DNA from: Bacillota bacterium
GTDB lineage: Bacteria; Bacillota; Clostridia; Acetivibrionales; DSM-1351
Assembly: GCA_023439045.1 (NCBI GenBank)
Contig: JAEXOY010000018.1
Location: 163,628-227,627 of the forward strand
DNA: 64,000 bases
Reading direction: 5' to 3'
This document shows positions 22,791-33,456 of the stretch, piece by piece (the stretch's first letter is position 1; every line of letters starts with the position of its first letter). Both the position numbers and the translations under genes were made by a program. Under the pieces are notes generated by a model. It did no database searches and had not been told where the DNA came from. It was given only the letters and a program-made list of their open reading frames with translations.

Positions 22791-23993
22791 ATGGCTAAGG
22801 CAAAATTTGAAAGAAATAAGCCACACGTTAATATTGGAACAATAGGTCACGTTGACCATGGTAAGACTTCATTAACAGCTGCTATTACTAAGGTATTAGG
22901 CATGTTAGGAAGAGCAGAATTTAAGGATTACGGTACAATTGACTCTGCTCCTGAAGAAAGAGAAAGAGGAATCACAATTAATACTGCTCACGTTGAATAT
23001 GAAACTGAAACTAGACACTATGCTCACGTTGACTGCCCAGGCCATGCTGACTATGTTAAGAACATGATCACTGGTGCTGCTCAGATGGACGGTGCTATCC
23101 TCGTTGTTTCAGCTGCTGACGGCCCAATGCCTCAGACAAGAGAACACATCCTCCTCGCTGGACAGGTTGGCGTTCCTTATATCGTAGTATTCTTGAACAA
23201 GTGCGATATGGTTGATGATGAAGAGCTTATCGAATTAGTTGAGATGGAAGTTAGAGAACTTCTAAGCTCATATGACTTCCCAGGAGATGATACTCCAATC
23301 GTTAGAGGTTCAGCTCTTGTAGCTCTCGAGTGCACATCAAAGGATCCTACAGCTCCTGAGTATGCTCCAATATTGCAACTCATGGATAAGGTTGATGAAT
23401 ATATACCAACTCCTGAAAGAGCAACTGACAAGCCATTCATTATGCCTGTCGAGGACGTATTCTCAATCACTGGTCGTGGTACTGTTGCTACTGGTAGAGT
23501 TGAAAGAGGCGTAGTTAAGGTTGGAGACGAAGTTGAAATAGTTGGTCTTATGGACGCTCCTAAGAAGACTACTGTTACAGGCGTTGAAATGTTCAGAAAG
23601 CTTCTTGATCAGGCTCAAGCTGGTGACAACATCGGTGCTCTCTTAAGAGGTGTTCAGAGAACTGATATCGAAAGAGGTCAGGTTCTTGCTAAGCCAGGAT
23701 CAATCAAGCCACACACTCATTATGAAGGACAGGTTTACGTTCTAACTGCATCAGAAGGTGGAAGACATAAGCCATTCTTCAATGGTTACAGACCACAGTT
23801 CTACTTCAGAACAACTGACGTTACAGGCGTTATCGAAATTCCAGAAGGAACTGAAATGGTTATGCCAGGTGACCACATCACTATGAAGATTAAGCTCATC
23901 ACTCCTATCGCTATGGAAGAAGGACTTAAGTTCGCTATCCGTGAAGGTGGAAGAACAGTTGGAGCTGGTAACGTTTCAAAGATAATTGAATAA
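22791..23993 (+). CDS. tuf: elongation factor Tu
   Basis: [40 protein letters not shown]. Confidence 0.99.
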   Translation: MAKAKFERNKPHVNIGTIGHVDHGKTSLTAAITKVLGMLGRAEFKDYGTIDSAPEERERGITINTAHVEYETETRHYAHVDCPGHADYVKNMITGAAQMDGAILVVSAADGPMPQTREHILLAGQVGVPYIVVFLNKCDMVDDEELIELVEMEVRELLSSYDFPGDDTPIVRGSALVALECTSKDPTAPEYAPILQLMDKVDEYIPTPERATDKPFIMPVEDVFSITGRGTVATGRVERGVVKVGDEVEIVGLMDAPKKTTVTGVEMFRKLLDQAQAGDNIGALLRGVQRTDIERGQVLAKPGSIKPHTHYEGQVYVLTASEGGRHKPFFNGYRPQFYFRTTDVTGVIEIPEGTEMVMPGDHITMKIKLITPIAMEEGLKFAIREGGRTVGAGNVSKIIE

Positions 23994-24008
23994 TTAATAT
24001 TCATAAAT

Positions 24009-24041
24009 AAAAAGACTTGAGGTTTGTCCTCAAGTCTTTTT
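24009..24041 (+). terminator. bidirectional intrinsic terminator after tuf
   Basis: aaaaagacttgagg-tttgt-cctcaagtcttttt. Confidence 0.88.
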
Positions 24042-24067
24042 GTGTTATTATGTTTTCAATTTTCCAG

Positions 24068-24200
24068 TAAATGTTCAGATACTTGTGTTGCTGTTTGCTA
24101 ATAAATGTTTAATAATTGTGCTCTATTTGCTAATAAATGTTTAAATACTTGTGCTGCTATTTGCTTATAAACGCTTAGCACAATTGCGTTATCTATTGTC
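24068..24200. repeat. degenerate 32-34-bp tandem repeat (~4 copies)
   Basis: Units at 24068, 24102, 24134, 24168 with consensus taaatgtttaaatacttgtgctgctatttgctaa. Confidence 0.8.
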
Positions 24201-24217
24201 TGTTATGTACCATTGTA

Positions 24218-26431
24218 TCATTTAATAGTGAACTGTGATATAGATTCATTCATTTCTTCAGCTAATAGTTTAAGTTTCTTTGCATGTACTGATAAATCTT
24301 CACTAAATGCCATTTGCTCTTGAGTACTTGCAGATATCTCCTGAGTAGTAGCTGCCGATTCATCAGCAACAATTGAAACATTCTCAATACTATCAACGCA
24401 CAGCTCCTTTGAGGATAGCATCTTCTTAACTGAGTTCTCCATATTAGCCATGGAAGCTACAATTTGTTTCATAGAAGCAAATATGGTCTTAAACACTGTA
24501 TCAGCTTCCTCAACCGCACGAATTTCATCATTAATAATTATCTGAGTATTGTTTGCAGCTTCAACCGTATTTTCAGTCTGTGATTGAATAGTAGAAATAA
24601 TATTGGAAATCAGTATTGAAGCATCTTTTGACTGATTAGCAAGCTTCTTTACTTCTGATGCAACTACAGCAAAACCACGTCCGCTTTCACCAGCTTTTGA
24701 TGCTTCAATTGAAGCATTTAATGCAAGGAGGTTTGTTTGCTCAGCTATACCACTAATTACTTTAGTAATCTTTTTAATATCCTTAATTTCGTTACTCAGT
24801 AGTTTAATATCTTCAATTATTAAATGTGTAGCATGAGATGTATCTCGTGCTTTTAAGTTAAGCTCATTAACAGCTGAATTTGCGATAAGGGAGAGTTCAT
24901 TGGCTTTTGAAAGAACGCTAGATACATTAGTCATGTTCGCATCAACATGATTAATCTCACTGCTCAGGCTATTGAGGTTTTTTACACCTTCTGTAATGTG
25001 TTCTGACTGGCTTGAGGCACCAGTTGCAATCTCCTGAATTGTAAATGCAATTTGTTGAGAAACTGTTGATGATTGGTCAGCTAAGCTAGAAATTGTATCC
25101 GCAGAGCCAAGTACTATATTGGAGGTATCCTGTACTTTCTTGATAAGTGAAGAAATATTTGATAGCATTTCATCAAAATTATTGCACACACTAGCAATCT
25201 CATCTTTTCCAGTAGACTTGACATTGACATTCAAAAGTCCTTGCTTAGCCTTTGCCATATTTGATTCTAGTAAGTTTAATGGTTTAGAAATAGAATTAGA
25301 GAATAAATATGAAACTAAGATTGCAAAAAACAGGCATATAATTGCAATCATTATTATTTTTATACCAATGTCTCTTGAGGAGGCATTGAGGTACTCATAT
25401 GAAACTGCACTAACCATATACCAATTAGTGTTTGCAACAGGGCTAAATATTACGAGAGAACTAACGCCGTTAAAATTATAGTCCATAGTGAGGTTAGTGT
25501 TTTTTTCATTCATAGCATTATTATGAACGTTAACAATTTCTTTAGAAAGATTGGTGGTAAACTCATTTGATAAACCTACACCCAAATCTTCATCTGCGCT
25601 ACTAATTATAGTGCCAGCACTATCTATTACAAAGATAGGGAACTTCTTTCCATCAGAATAAGAGCCTATATCTAAATTGCTAAAAACAGAGTCCAGATAA
25701 TTACTTTTTGGTACAAGGATAACAGCCCCAACAGAATCACCTGTGATAGATGATCTCAAATCCTTTGCTGTTCCTATTTGTGTGCCAATCTCATTTCCTG
25801 AATTATCAACTGTCCTCATGAGTTTCCATTGAACAGGCTTGTTATCATTTGCAACTTCCTTAAAAATTTTCTGCCCTTCTGAAGTACTTGTTCCCAGATT
25901 GGCATTAAAGGAAGGCTCGTCTGTATCACCATTCAAGTAAATGGAATAGAAGTCTATATAATCAAGCTGCATAAACTTGTTTGAAAGCATCTGAATAATT
26001 ATGCCACTGTTTTCAGTTTTTACACTACTATCTCCTACTATGTACTGTAGTAAAGAATTTTGAAAAGTATCGTCACCGAGGAGCTCTTTGGTCAAGGCTT
26101 CAAATTTGGTAACCTGAGAAGAAAGACTGTCACTGCTTTGGTTTACTATTTGCTGAAGATAGGACTGTACTTTTGATTCCATGGCAGAACTAGAGTCAGA
26201 ATATGCAAAAAAACCAGTTATTGAAAGAGGTAGAATAGAAAGCACCAAAAATGAAACTATAAGCTTTTTGCGAATAGTAAAATTCTGCATAAAACTAGAG
26301 GCTCTATTGAATAGTGGCATAAGTATTTTTTGAAAGGAACTAAAAGCCCTTTTCATTAAGTGGACAAGTGTTGTAAAAGGAGTTTTCATAGCTTTGGAAG
26401 ATTGAGTTGAGTCAAAGTTCATACGTTTCAT
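24218..26431 (-). CDS. methyl-accepting chemotaxis protein (Cache-type sensor, HAMP)
   Basis: Two TM segments, HAMP (ISKPL...GKDEI), hairpin tip [37 protein letters not shown]. Start at 26431 after GAAGGGG. Confidence 0.92.
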   Translation of the reverse strand: MKRMNFDSTQSSKAMKTPFTTLVHLMKRAFSSFQKILMPLFNRASSFMQNFTIRKKLIVSFLVLSILPLSITGFFAYSDSSSAMESKVQSYLQQIVNQSSDSLSSQVTKFEALTKELLGDDTFQNSLLQYIVGDSSVKTENSGIIIQMLSNKFMQLDYIDFYSIYLNGDTDEPSFNANLGTSTSEGQKIFKEVANDNKPVQWKLMRTVDNSGNEIGTQIGTAKDLRSSITGDSVGAVILVPKSNYLDSVFSNLDIGSYSDGKKFPIFVIDSAGTIISSADEDLGVGLSNEFTTNLSKEIVNVHNNAMNEKNTNLTMDYNFNGVSSLVIFSPVANTNWYMVSAVSYEYLNASSRDIGIKIIMIAIICLFFAILVSYLFSNSISKPLNLLESNMAKAKQGLLNVNVKSTGKDEIASVCNNFDEMLSNISSLIKKVQDTSNIVLGSADTISSLADQSSTVSQQIAFTIQEIATGASSQSEHITEGVKNLNSLSSEINHVDANMTNVSSVLSKANELSLIANSAVNELNLKARDTSHATHLIIEDIKLLSNEIKDIKKITKVISGIAEQTNLLALNASIEASKAGESGRGFAVVASEVKKLANQSKDASILISNIISTIQSQTENTVEAANNTQIIINDEIRAVEEADTVFKTIFASMKQIVASMANMENSVKKMLSSKELCVDSIENVSIVADESAATTQEISASTQEQMAFSEDLSVHAKKLKLLAEEMNESISQFTIK

Positions 26432-26673
26432 ATGTAGCACGTCCCCTTCTAATATAATAATATGTAGTTTTAAGGTAATATGTATCAAATATTGCAAAAT
26501 ATTAGAAACATTTGTCAATTTAATTATCTCACTTAAAGTAATTGTATTCAATAGGTTTTCAAATTATATTTACAATATTAATAAATTATGTTTATTAGAT
26601 TGATATTTGGTTATATAATTAGATATGTGCTCAAATTTTATTTTCTTATATTTAAAGGGAAGGTGGAGTTAAA

Positions 26674-27870
26674 ATGATAGAGATTAAAAATAACATATAT
26701 TGGACTGGCATTAGGGATTGGGGACTCAATGTATTCCATGGACATGAACTATCAACATACAGAGGGACTTCATATAATTCATACTTAATTAAGGATAAAA
26801 AGACAGTTTTAGTTGATACTGTTTGGGATCCTTATAAGGAGCAATTTGTTAAAGATCTTGAAAGAGAAGTAGGTTTAAAAAATATTGATGCTATAGTAAT
26901 AAACCATGTTGAGCCTGATCATGGTGGAAGCTTAGGACTTCTCATGGAGAAAATTCCGAATACTCCTATATATTGTACAAAAGCCGGCTCAGAAATAATG
27001 AAAAAGGTATTTGGTGAAAACAATTGGAACTTTGTTACAGTTAAGACCGGGGATACTTTGGAAACCGGAGATTATACTCTTAGATTTGTTGAAATGACAA
27101 TGATTCATTGGCCAGATAGTATGCTTACTTACGTTGATGGAGCGAAATTAGCATTGTCAAATGATGCATTTGGACAGCATTATTGCAGTACATCTATTTA
27201 TAATGATGAGGTTGACCGTGCTGAACTCTTTGAAGAAGCACTTAAGTATTTTGTAAATATTTTAGGACCATTCAGGCCTCTCATTAAGAAGAAAATTGAA
27301 GAAATAAGAAAAATGAATTTTGAGATTGATATGATTGCTCCAAGCCATGGCGTCATTTGGAGGAATAATCCCCTAGAGATTATTGAAAAATACTATGAGT
27401 GGACAAACCTTGATTATAACGAAGGCTGGGTTGCTATAGCTTATGACACTATGTACAATTCAACCAGGCTTATGGCAGAGGCGATGGGACGAGGCTTTGA
27501 AAAGGCGGGTATTGCGTACAAGATAATTAATGTTGCTACTAAGGATAAGAGTGACCTAAATGTTGACTTGATGAGGGCTAAGGGAATAATTTTAGGTTGC
27601 TGTACGGTAAATAATGCTGTAACCAGACCAATAGCTGCTCTGCTAGACGAGATTAAGGCTCTGAGGATTAAGAATAAATATGCAGGTTCATTTGGCTCCT
27701 TCGGTTGGAGCGGTGAAGCACCAAAAATTATTAGTGAGAAACTTAAGGAAGCAGGCTCTAAGGTTATAATGGAGCCAATTGCAATTAAATACAAACCAAC
27801 TTACGATGAATATGTAAAGTGTGAAGAATATGCGATAGAATTTGCACGTAAAATGAAAGAAGAGGCTTAA
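26674..27870 (+). CDS. fprA: flavodiiron protein (FprA/type-A flavoprotein; O2/NO reductase)
   Basis: GTSYNSY, NHVEPDH, HWPDSM, SNDAFGQH, APSHG, flavodoxin motifs YDTMYNST and GSFGWSGEA. Confidence 0.92.
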   Translation: MIEIKNNIYWTGIRDWGLNVFHGHELSTYRGTSYNSYLIKDKKTVLVDTVWDPYKEQFVKDLEREVGLKNIDAIVINHVEPDHGGSLGLLMEKIPNTPIYCTKAGSEIMKKVFGENNWNFVTVKTGDTLETGDYTLRFVEMTMIHWPDSMLTYVDGAKLALSNDAFGQHYCSTSIYNDEVDRAELFEEALKYFVNILGPFRPLIKKKIEEIRKMNFEIDMIAPSHGVIWRNNPLEIIEKYYEWTNLDYNEGWVAIAYDTMYNSTRLMAEAMGRGFEKAGIAYKIINVATKDKSDLNVDLMRAKGIILGCCTVNNAVTRPIAALLDEIKALRIKNKYAGSFGSFGWSGEAPKIISEKLKEAGSKVIMEPIAIKYKPTYDEYVKCEEYAIEFARKMKEEA

Positions 27871-27935
27871 AGGCCTCTCCTTTTTTTGTCTGCAATGTAT
27901 CATTAGATAAATTACTCTTATTATTACTGCCTTGT

Positions 27936-28030
27936 TTCTATGCTACCTTCTATACGGCAATAGTTTCTATACGGCAATAGTTTCTATGCTGCGATAGTTC
28001 TATAATACAATGGTTCTATACTACTATTAG
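27936..28030 (-). repeat. 16-17-bp tandem repeat (6 ttctat-anchored units) spanning the ppx stop codon
   Basis: ttctat at 27936, 27948, 27965, 27982, 27998, 28014; two exact copies of ttctatacggcaatagt. Confidence 0.85.
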
Positions 28031-29500
28031 ATTTTTACCAAAAACCTTTCTGAAGGTATTTTGACATTTCATCGCTTTCTTTGCCTCATGGCTGGTATCA
28101 ATATCTGAAATAAGCTTAATAATAATTGAATTATTGTGTTGTGTACATTTAACATCCCGAATACAACTATTCATTCTTAAGTCTAGATTTTCACATATTT
28201 TTATGAAAATCCCTAGCTTTTGTGCCACTTTAATATCATTTTTGTTTAAAAGACTTCTATATCGGAATAAATCGAGTTTAAACTCATCTTTTCGATGCAA
28301 TGCAGCAACATATGCTGATAATAGTATTTCTCTGTGAGAAAGCCCATTTAAGCGAGAATTAAGCATTATATAGAATGAATGCTTATGATGATTATAGAAA
28401 TTAATAGATACCCCACAATCATGCAATAATGCCCCAGCCTTTAATATTTTCTTTAAGCTCTCATCAAATGGGAAAAATGACCCTAGCTGCTTATATAAAC
28501 TTAATGCAAGCTCATATACCTTTTCACAGTGGGAAAGAGGATTACTAAAGCTTTGAACTAGGCACTTAAGAGAATAGTCTAGAACATCGGGCACGAGTGT
28601 AGCTTCTCCAAGCAATTGCTCATATATTAAGCCCTCACGCACTCCACTACCACTAATAACTATATTTCTTGTACCACAGTAATTGATAAGCTCACTTATG
28701 GCAGCAACAGGCCCACAGAATATATCAGCCCTATCCTTTGATAACCCTTTTAACTTTTTTTCCATCCTTGTTGTTTTTTCTGATGTTGCAGCACATAGTA
28801 TAAAACCGAAATCTTGATTCTGAATAATATAATTATTGGATAGTTCTAGAGGGTAGTTTTTTCTCTTGCGGTCTATTTTACCTATATTTCTAAATGTTCC
28901 CCCAATGCCTATAATCGGACAATCTTTGGCCTGCTTTAGCCAAGAATAGGTATTAAAAATAGACCCGATATTTTTGGCAAAAGCTTGGGGGGATTCTTTA
29001 TATTCATCTGTAAAAGATATAGAACCATAGGGAATACTAACGGATTGTAGCAGTTGTCTGTCTTTTACAAGTATTAATTCTGTACTGCTGCCACCAACAT
29101 CAACTAAAAGACAATCCCTAATGTCAAGGCTATTTATTGCACCAATATAGTCATAATAAGCCTCTTGCTTGCCTGATAATACTGATATTTTAATACCAGA
29201 AGACTTTAGTACCATATCTAGAAATTGTTTTTGATTTGCTGATCTTCGTACTGCTTCAGTAGCAACTGCAATTATCTTATCCACTGCAAAAGCGTCACAG
29301 ATTGCTCTATAAGTAACAATAGTTTCGTTAGCATACTTCATTCTATCACTATCAAGGTTTTGAAATTTATCAATATCCTTACCTAGACGAACAGCTTCCT
29401 TTATTTCATGTAGAATTTTAAAGTACTTGTTATTTATAATGTCAACCACAACAAGCCGGACAGAATTAGAGCCTATGTCAATTATTCCAAAGCGATTCAT
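28016..29500 (-). CDS. ppx: exopolyphosphatase / Ppx-GppA family phosphatase
   Basis: IDIGSNSVRL, ATEAVR, DVGGSSTEL, GIGGT, GVREG and HD-like LLHDCG. Confidence 0.9.
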   Translation of the reverse strand: MNRFGIIDIGSNSVRLVVVDIINNKYFKILHEIKEAVRLGKDIDKFQNLDSDRMKYANETIVTYRAICDAFAVDKIIAVATEAVRRSANQKQFLDMVLKSSGIKISVLSGKQEAYYDYIGAINSLDIRDCLLVDVGGSSTELILVKDRQLLQSVSIPYGSISFTDEYKESPQAFAKNIGSIFNTYSWLKQAKDCPIIGIGGTFRNIGKIDRKRKNYPLELSNNYIIQNQDFGFILCAATSEKTTRMEKKLKGLSKDRADIFCGPVAAISELINYCGTRNIVISGSGVREGLIYEQLLGEATLVPDVLDYSLKCLVQSFSNPLSHCEKVYELALSLYKQLGSFFPFDESLKKILKAGALLHDCGVSINFYNHHKHSFYIMLNSRLNGLSHREILLSAYVAALHRKDEFKLDLFRYRSLLNKNDIKVAQKLGIFIKICENLDLRMNSCIRDVKCTQHNNSIIIKLISDIDTSHEAKKAMKCQNTFRKVFGKNLIVV

Positions 29501-29816
29501 TCGTACTCTCCTTTGTGACTGAGTAATCTTTTTCTATATCTTCTTCATTTGTTATATTGTACATTATTGCATTAAAAATTCAATCACAATATGTTTTTAA
29601 TTAAATATGAAAGACTAAGCGAAAGGCGAAGGATATTCTAAATAAAAAAATAACATATTAGTAGATTTTTTAACAAAAAACTAATTGCAAAGGGGTGAAA
29701 TATGATATAATATAGGCTGGTATTTTTAGCATAATCCTCAATAGCTAACCTTACTAGTCTTAATTTTTATTAGGAAACCAATTAATTTAAAATATGTGTG
29801 AAGAGGGGGAAGTCAA

Positions 29817-30509
29817 ATGAATTACTCACATGAAGTAGAAAATATGTGTGTTGTAAAGAAGGGACCAAATCATGGTCCAGCTCCAATACCTGAAGAAGGT
29901 AGGTGGGTAAAGGCAAAAGAAGTAACAGATATTTCAGGTTTGTCCCATGGTATAGGCTGGTGCGCACCTCAACAGGGATGTTGCAAGCTTACACTCAACG
30001 TTAAGAATGGTATCATCGAGGAAGCTCTCGTTGAAACATTAGGATGTTCAGGTATGACTCACTCAGCAGCTATGGCTGGTGAAATACTTGGAGGAAAGAC
30101 AATTCTTGAAGCTCTCAATACTGACCTGGTTTGTGACGCTATAAACGTTGCAATGAGAGAAATATTCAAGCAGCTTGTATACGGAAGAACTCAGTCAGCT
30201 TTCTCAGAAGACGGACTTCCAATTGGAGCTGGTCTTGAAGATTTAGGTAAGGGACTTCGTTCACAGGTTGGTACTATATTCGGAACCAAGGCTAAGGGCG
30301 TAAGATACCTTGAAATGGCAGAAGGTTACATTCTCAATATCGGTCTTGATGCTGATAATGAAATCATTGGCTACAAGTTCATTCACCTTGGAAAGATGAT
30401 GGACATGATCAAGAAGGGTGTAGACCCAAAGGAAGCTTACGAAAAGAATATCGGTACTTACGGCAGATTTGCAGAAGCTGTTAAAGTTATCGACCCAAGA
30501 CATGAATAA
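29817..30509 (+). CDS. conserved protein with IscU/NifU-N-like segment, partner of the GGGtGRT protein
   Basis: GWCAPQQGCCKLTLNVKNGIIEEALVETLGCSG...GKTILEALNTDLVC resembles the Fe-S scaffold fold. Confidence 0.7.
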   Translation: MNYSHEVENMCVVKKGPNHGPAPIPEEGRWVKAKEVTDISGLSHGIGWCAPQQGCCKLTLNVKNGIIEEALVETLGCSGMTHSAAMAGEILGGKTILEALNTDLVCDAINVAMREIFKQLVYGRTQSAFSEDGLPIGAGLEDLGKGLRSQVGTIFGTKAKGVRYLEMAEGYILNIGLDADNEIIGYKFIHLGKMMDMIKKGVDPKEAYEKNIGTYGRFAEAVKVIDPRHE

Positions 30510-30530
30510 TATAGGAGAGAGGTGATTCAA

Positions 30531-31529
30531 GTGGTTAGATTCGAAGGATATGAAAGAAGAATAAATACTATAAATAAAGCTTTAGCTGAATATGGCTTTG
30601 CTAGCCTTGAAGAAGTAAAAGACTTCTGTACTGAAAAGGGTATAGATGTAGATAAGATTGTTAGAGACGTACAGCCAATCGCTTTTGAAAATGCGGTTTG
30701 GGCATATACCTTGGGTTGCGGTATAGCACTCAAGAAGGGCGTTAAGGATGCAGCTGCGGCAGCTGAAGCTATCGGACTTGGCTTGCAGGCATTCTGTATT
30801 CCTGGTTCAGTTGCAGACTCAAGAAAAGTTGGTTTAGGCCATGGAAATCTTGCTGCAATGCTTCTTAAGGAAGAAACTAAGTGCTTCTGCTTCCTGGCAG
30901 GTCACGAATCCTTTGCAGCAGCTGAAGGAGCTATTGGTATAGCTAAGACAGCTAACAAGGTAAGAAAGGAACCTCTCCAGGTTATTCTAAACGGTCTTGG
31001 AAAGGATGCTGCTTATATCATTTCAAGAATTAATGGCTTCACATATGTTGAGACTGATTATGATTTTGCAACAGGTGAACTTAAGGTTGTTAGAACTAAG
31101 GCATACTCAAACGGAGATAAGGCTAAGGTTAGAGTTTATGGTGCAAATGACGTATTAGAAGGCGTTGCTATCATGATCAAGGAAAATGTTGATGTTTCTA
31201 TCACTGGTAACTCAACTAACCCAACTAGATTCCAGCACCTCGTTGCAGGAACTTACAAGAAGTGGTCACATGAAAACAACAAGAACTACTTCTCCGTTGC
31301 TTCAGGTGGGGGAACTGGTAGAACACTGCACCCAGATAATATGGCTGCTGGTCCTGCTTCATACGGTTTGACTGACTCAATGGGTAGAATGCATGGTGAT
31401 GCACAGTTCGCTGGTTCATCATCAGTACCTGCACACGTTGAAATGATGGGTCTTATTGGTATGGGTAACAACCCAATGGTTGGTGCTACAGTTGCTGTAG
31501 CAGTTGCAATTGAGGAAAGCTATAAGTAA
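30531..31529 (+). CDS. GGGtGRT-family protein (function unknown)
   Basis: Eponymous SVASGGGTGRTLHPDN motif, LAGHESFAAAEGAI. Confidence 0.9.
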   Translation: MVRFEGYERRINTINKALAEYGFASLEEVKDFCTEKGIDVDKIVRDVQPIAFENAVWAYTLGCGIALKKGVKDAAAAAEAIGLGLQAFCIPGSVADSRKVGLGHGNLAAMLLKEETKCFCFLAGHESFAAAEGAIGIAKTANKVRKEPLQVILNGLGKDAAYIISRINGFTYVETDYDFATGELKVVRTKAYSNGDKAKVRVYGANDVLEGVAIMIKENVDVSITGNSTNPTRFQHLVAGTYKKWSHENNKNYFSVASGGGTGRTLHPDNMAAGPASYGLTDSMGRMHGDAQFAGSSSVPAHVEMMGLIGMGNNPMVGATVAVAVAIEESYK

Positions 31530-31569
31530 TTTCGGATAAAAACAATTAGAATAATATAATGCAATACCA

Positions 31570-31599
31570 AAAGGACGCTGGCACTTATCAGCGTCCTTT
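31570..31599 (+). terminator. terminator after the GGGtGRT gene
   Basis: aaaggacgctg / cagcgtccttt stem. Confidence 0.75.
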
Positions 31600-31721
31600 A
31601 AAATTATGGGAAGTATTATGAATTCCTATGATTTTTTTCTACAAAATTTTGGAGACTTTTTCAAAAGATAAGCGTATAATCAGTAGGTTATAAGTTCTAT
31701 TAATCAATTAGGAGGTTCTCC

Positions 31722-32423
31722 ATGGCAGAGCAGCATGTATTGAGGCAAAATGGCTGGGAGGGATACATAAAGAGAGCTTTGTTTATTATTCTTATTCCAA
31801 TATTGCAAATGGGTTATTTTGCTCTAAACCTAACTACTACTCACTCATTTGATATTACAATTTTCTTGGATAACTATATACCCTTCAATGAGTGGTTTAT
31901 AATACCGTATGTGTTTTGGTATATCTATACTTTTGGATTACTACTTTTATTGTCATATAAAAATTATAAGGTGTACTATAAACTACTTATGACCATACTT
32001 ATAGGTATGTGTATATGTTTAGTTGTATATAAGCTGTTTCCAACAACTGTTCCTAGACCTATTGTAACGGGCGACAATATATTAAAAAAGTTAGTACTGT
32101 TGATATATAGTAATGACAAGCCTTACAACTGTTTTCCAAGCATACATATGTTAGATACACTACTGATAACATTATTCTTACATAAATATTACTCATCTAT
32201 AAAAATGAGAGTATCTGTATGGACAATATGTATCTTGATTTACCTATCAACATTTTTTACAAAACAACACAGTATATTAGATGCTGCTGCATCAACGGTG
32301 ATTGCGATAGCATTATTTATTATCTTTGACAAGGATATTGTGTGGAAAAGGCTTATGTCGACTATAGAATTTTTATTACAAAAGTTTAGGTTTAAAGCTA
32401 AAGAGACAGTAGTGGGTGAATAA
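31722..32423 (+). CDS. PAP2-superfamily membrane protein (inositolphosphoceramide-synthase/Aur1-like)
   Basis: About 6 TM helices; motifs FPTTVPRP, D.PYNCFPSIH, STFFTKQHSILD. Confidence 0.8.
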   Translation: MAEQHVLRQNGWEGYIKRALFIILIPILQMGYFALNLTTTHSFDITIFLDNYIPFNEWFIIPYVFWYIYTFGLLLLLSYKNYKVYYKLLMTILIGMCICLVVYKLFPTTVPRPIVTGDNILKKLVLLIYSNDKPYNCFPSIHMLDTLLITLFLHKYYSSIKMRVSVWTICILIYLSTFFTKQHSILDAAASTVIAIALFIIFDKDIVWKRLMSTIEFLLQKFRFKAKETVVGE

Positions 32424-32470
32424 ATATTGTTTTTAGGTGAATATATATTACTTACTGTCATAAATAGTTG
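32415..32470 (+). repeat. 21-bp degenerate repeat spanning the PAP2 stop codon
   Basis: ggtgaataaatatt (32415), ggtgaatatatatt (32436), weaker gtcataaatagtt (32457). Confidence 0.6.
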
Positions 32471-32573
32471 AAATATTAGCCTAAACGCCTCCCCTCACAG
32501 CTTGAAAAAAACTATTAACTTTTATATAATAACACATGAGTTTTAAATCTTATAACATGTGGGGATACATATT

Positions 32574-33392
32574 ATGAAAAGTTATAGAGAAAATTTGAAG
32601 CACGCAAAGAGAATTGTCATAAAGGTGGGAACTTCAACCCTTACATATGAGACTGGGAAGATTAATTTTACTCGAATAGATAAGCTTGCAAGGATTATCT
32701 CAGATCTATCCAATCAAGGAAAAGAGGTAATACTCGTTACCTCAGGAGCCATCGGAGTAGGAGTTGATAAGCTAAAGTTACCCGAAAGGCCAAAAACTAT
32801 CAGGGAAAAGCAAGCAGTTGCTGCTGTAGGCCAGTGCGAGTTAATGCATATGTACAGCAAATTCTTTTCAGAATATGGGCATATTGTTGCGCAGATTCTT
32901 TTATCCAGGGACGTTGTAAGCGATGAAAGCTGCAGAAAAAATGTTATAAATACATTTGAAACACTCTTAGAAAAGGGCATAGTACCAATAGTTAATGAAA
33001 ATGACTCTGTTTCAGTAGTTGAGTTAAAAGTTGGTCAAAAGGATACTTTCAGTGAGAATGATACTCTATCTGCCATAGTAGCAAAGCTTGTTAAGGCAGA
33101 TTTGCTTATTATATTATCTGACATAGACGGATTTTACGACTCCGATCCTAGGAAGAACGCCAATTCTAAGATGTTGTCTATTATATCCGAGATAACGCCG
33201 GAGATTGAACAGTGCGCTGACGGTGCGGGTACTAAGCGGGGCACAGGGGGCATGATTACAAAGCTCACAGCTGCAAAAATTGCAACTACAGCAGGAGTAG
33301 ATATGGTTCTCACTAACGGATCAAGGCCTGAAATAATTATGGATATTATTGAAGGCGAAGATATAGGTACCTTGTTTGTGGGTACAAAATAG
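32574..33392 (+). CDS. proB: glutamate 5-kinase (no PUA domain)
   Basis: RIVIKVGTSTL, VTSGAIG, AAVGQ, PIVNENDSV, NDTLSA, GTGGMITK. Confidence 0.96.
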   Translation: MKSYRENLKHAKRIVIKVGTSTLTYETGKINFTRIDKLARIISDLSNQGKEVILVTSGAIGVGVDKLKLPERPKTIREKQAVAAVGQCELMHMYSKFFSEYGHIVAQILLSRDVVSDESCRKNVINTFETLLEKGIVPIVNENDSVSVVELKVGQKDTFSENDTLSAIVAKLVKADLLIILSDIDGFYDSDPRKNANSKMLSIISEITPEIEQCADGAGTKRGTGGMITKLTAAKIATTAGVDMVLTNGSRPEIIMDIIEGEDIGTLFVGTK

Positions 33393-33407
33393 AGGACGAA
33401 GATACTA

Positions 33408-33448
33408 AAAGAGTCTCAATAGTTAATAAGTAACTATTGAGACTCTTT
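33408..33448. terminator. bidirectional terminator between proB and PBP1A
   Basis: 18-bp perfect inverted repeat aaagagtctcaatagtta / taactattgagactcttt between convergent genes. Confidence 0.85.
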
Positions 33449-33456
33449 ATTAATTC

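Noticed and set aside
4154..23470. Numerous antisense or alternate-frame ORFs over ribosomal, rpo, ileS, fus and tuf genes
   Set aside because: Shadow ORFs from biased codon usage; no SD or recognisable motifs.
24068..24200. Possible CRISPR array (also considered for 42636-42734 and 45275-45490)
   Set aside because: Units are adjacent and degenerate with no unique spacers; no cas genes in the window.
29658..29676. Rex-like box upstream of the GGGtGRT unit
   Set aside because: Only the right half (TTAACAA) matches; several mismatches in the left half in AT-rich DNA.
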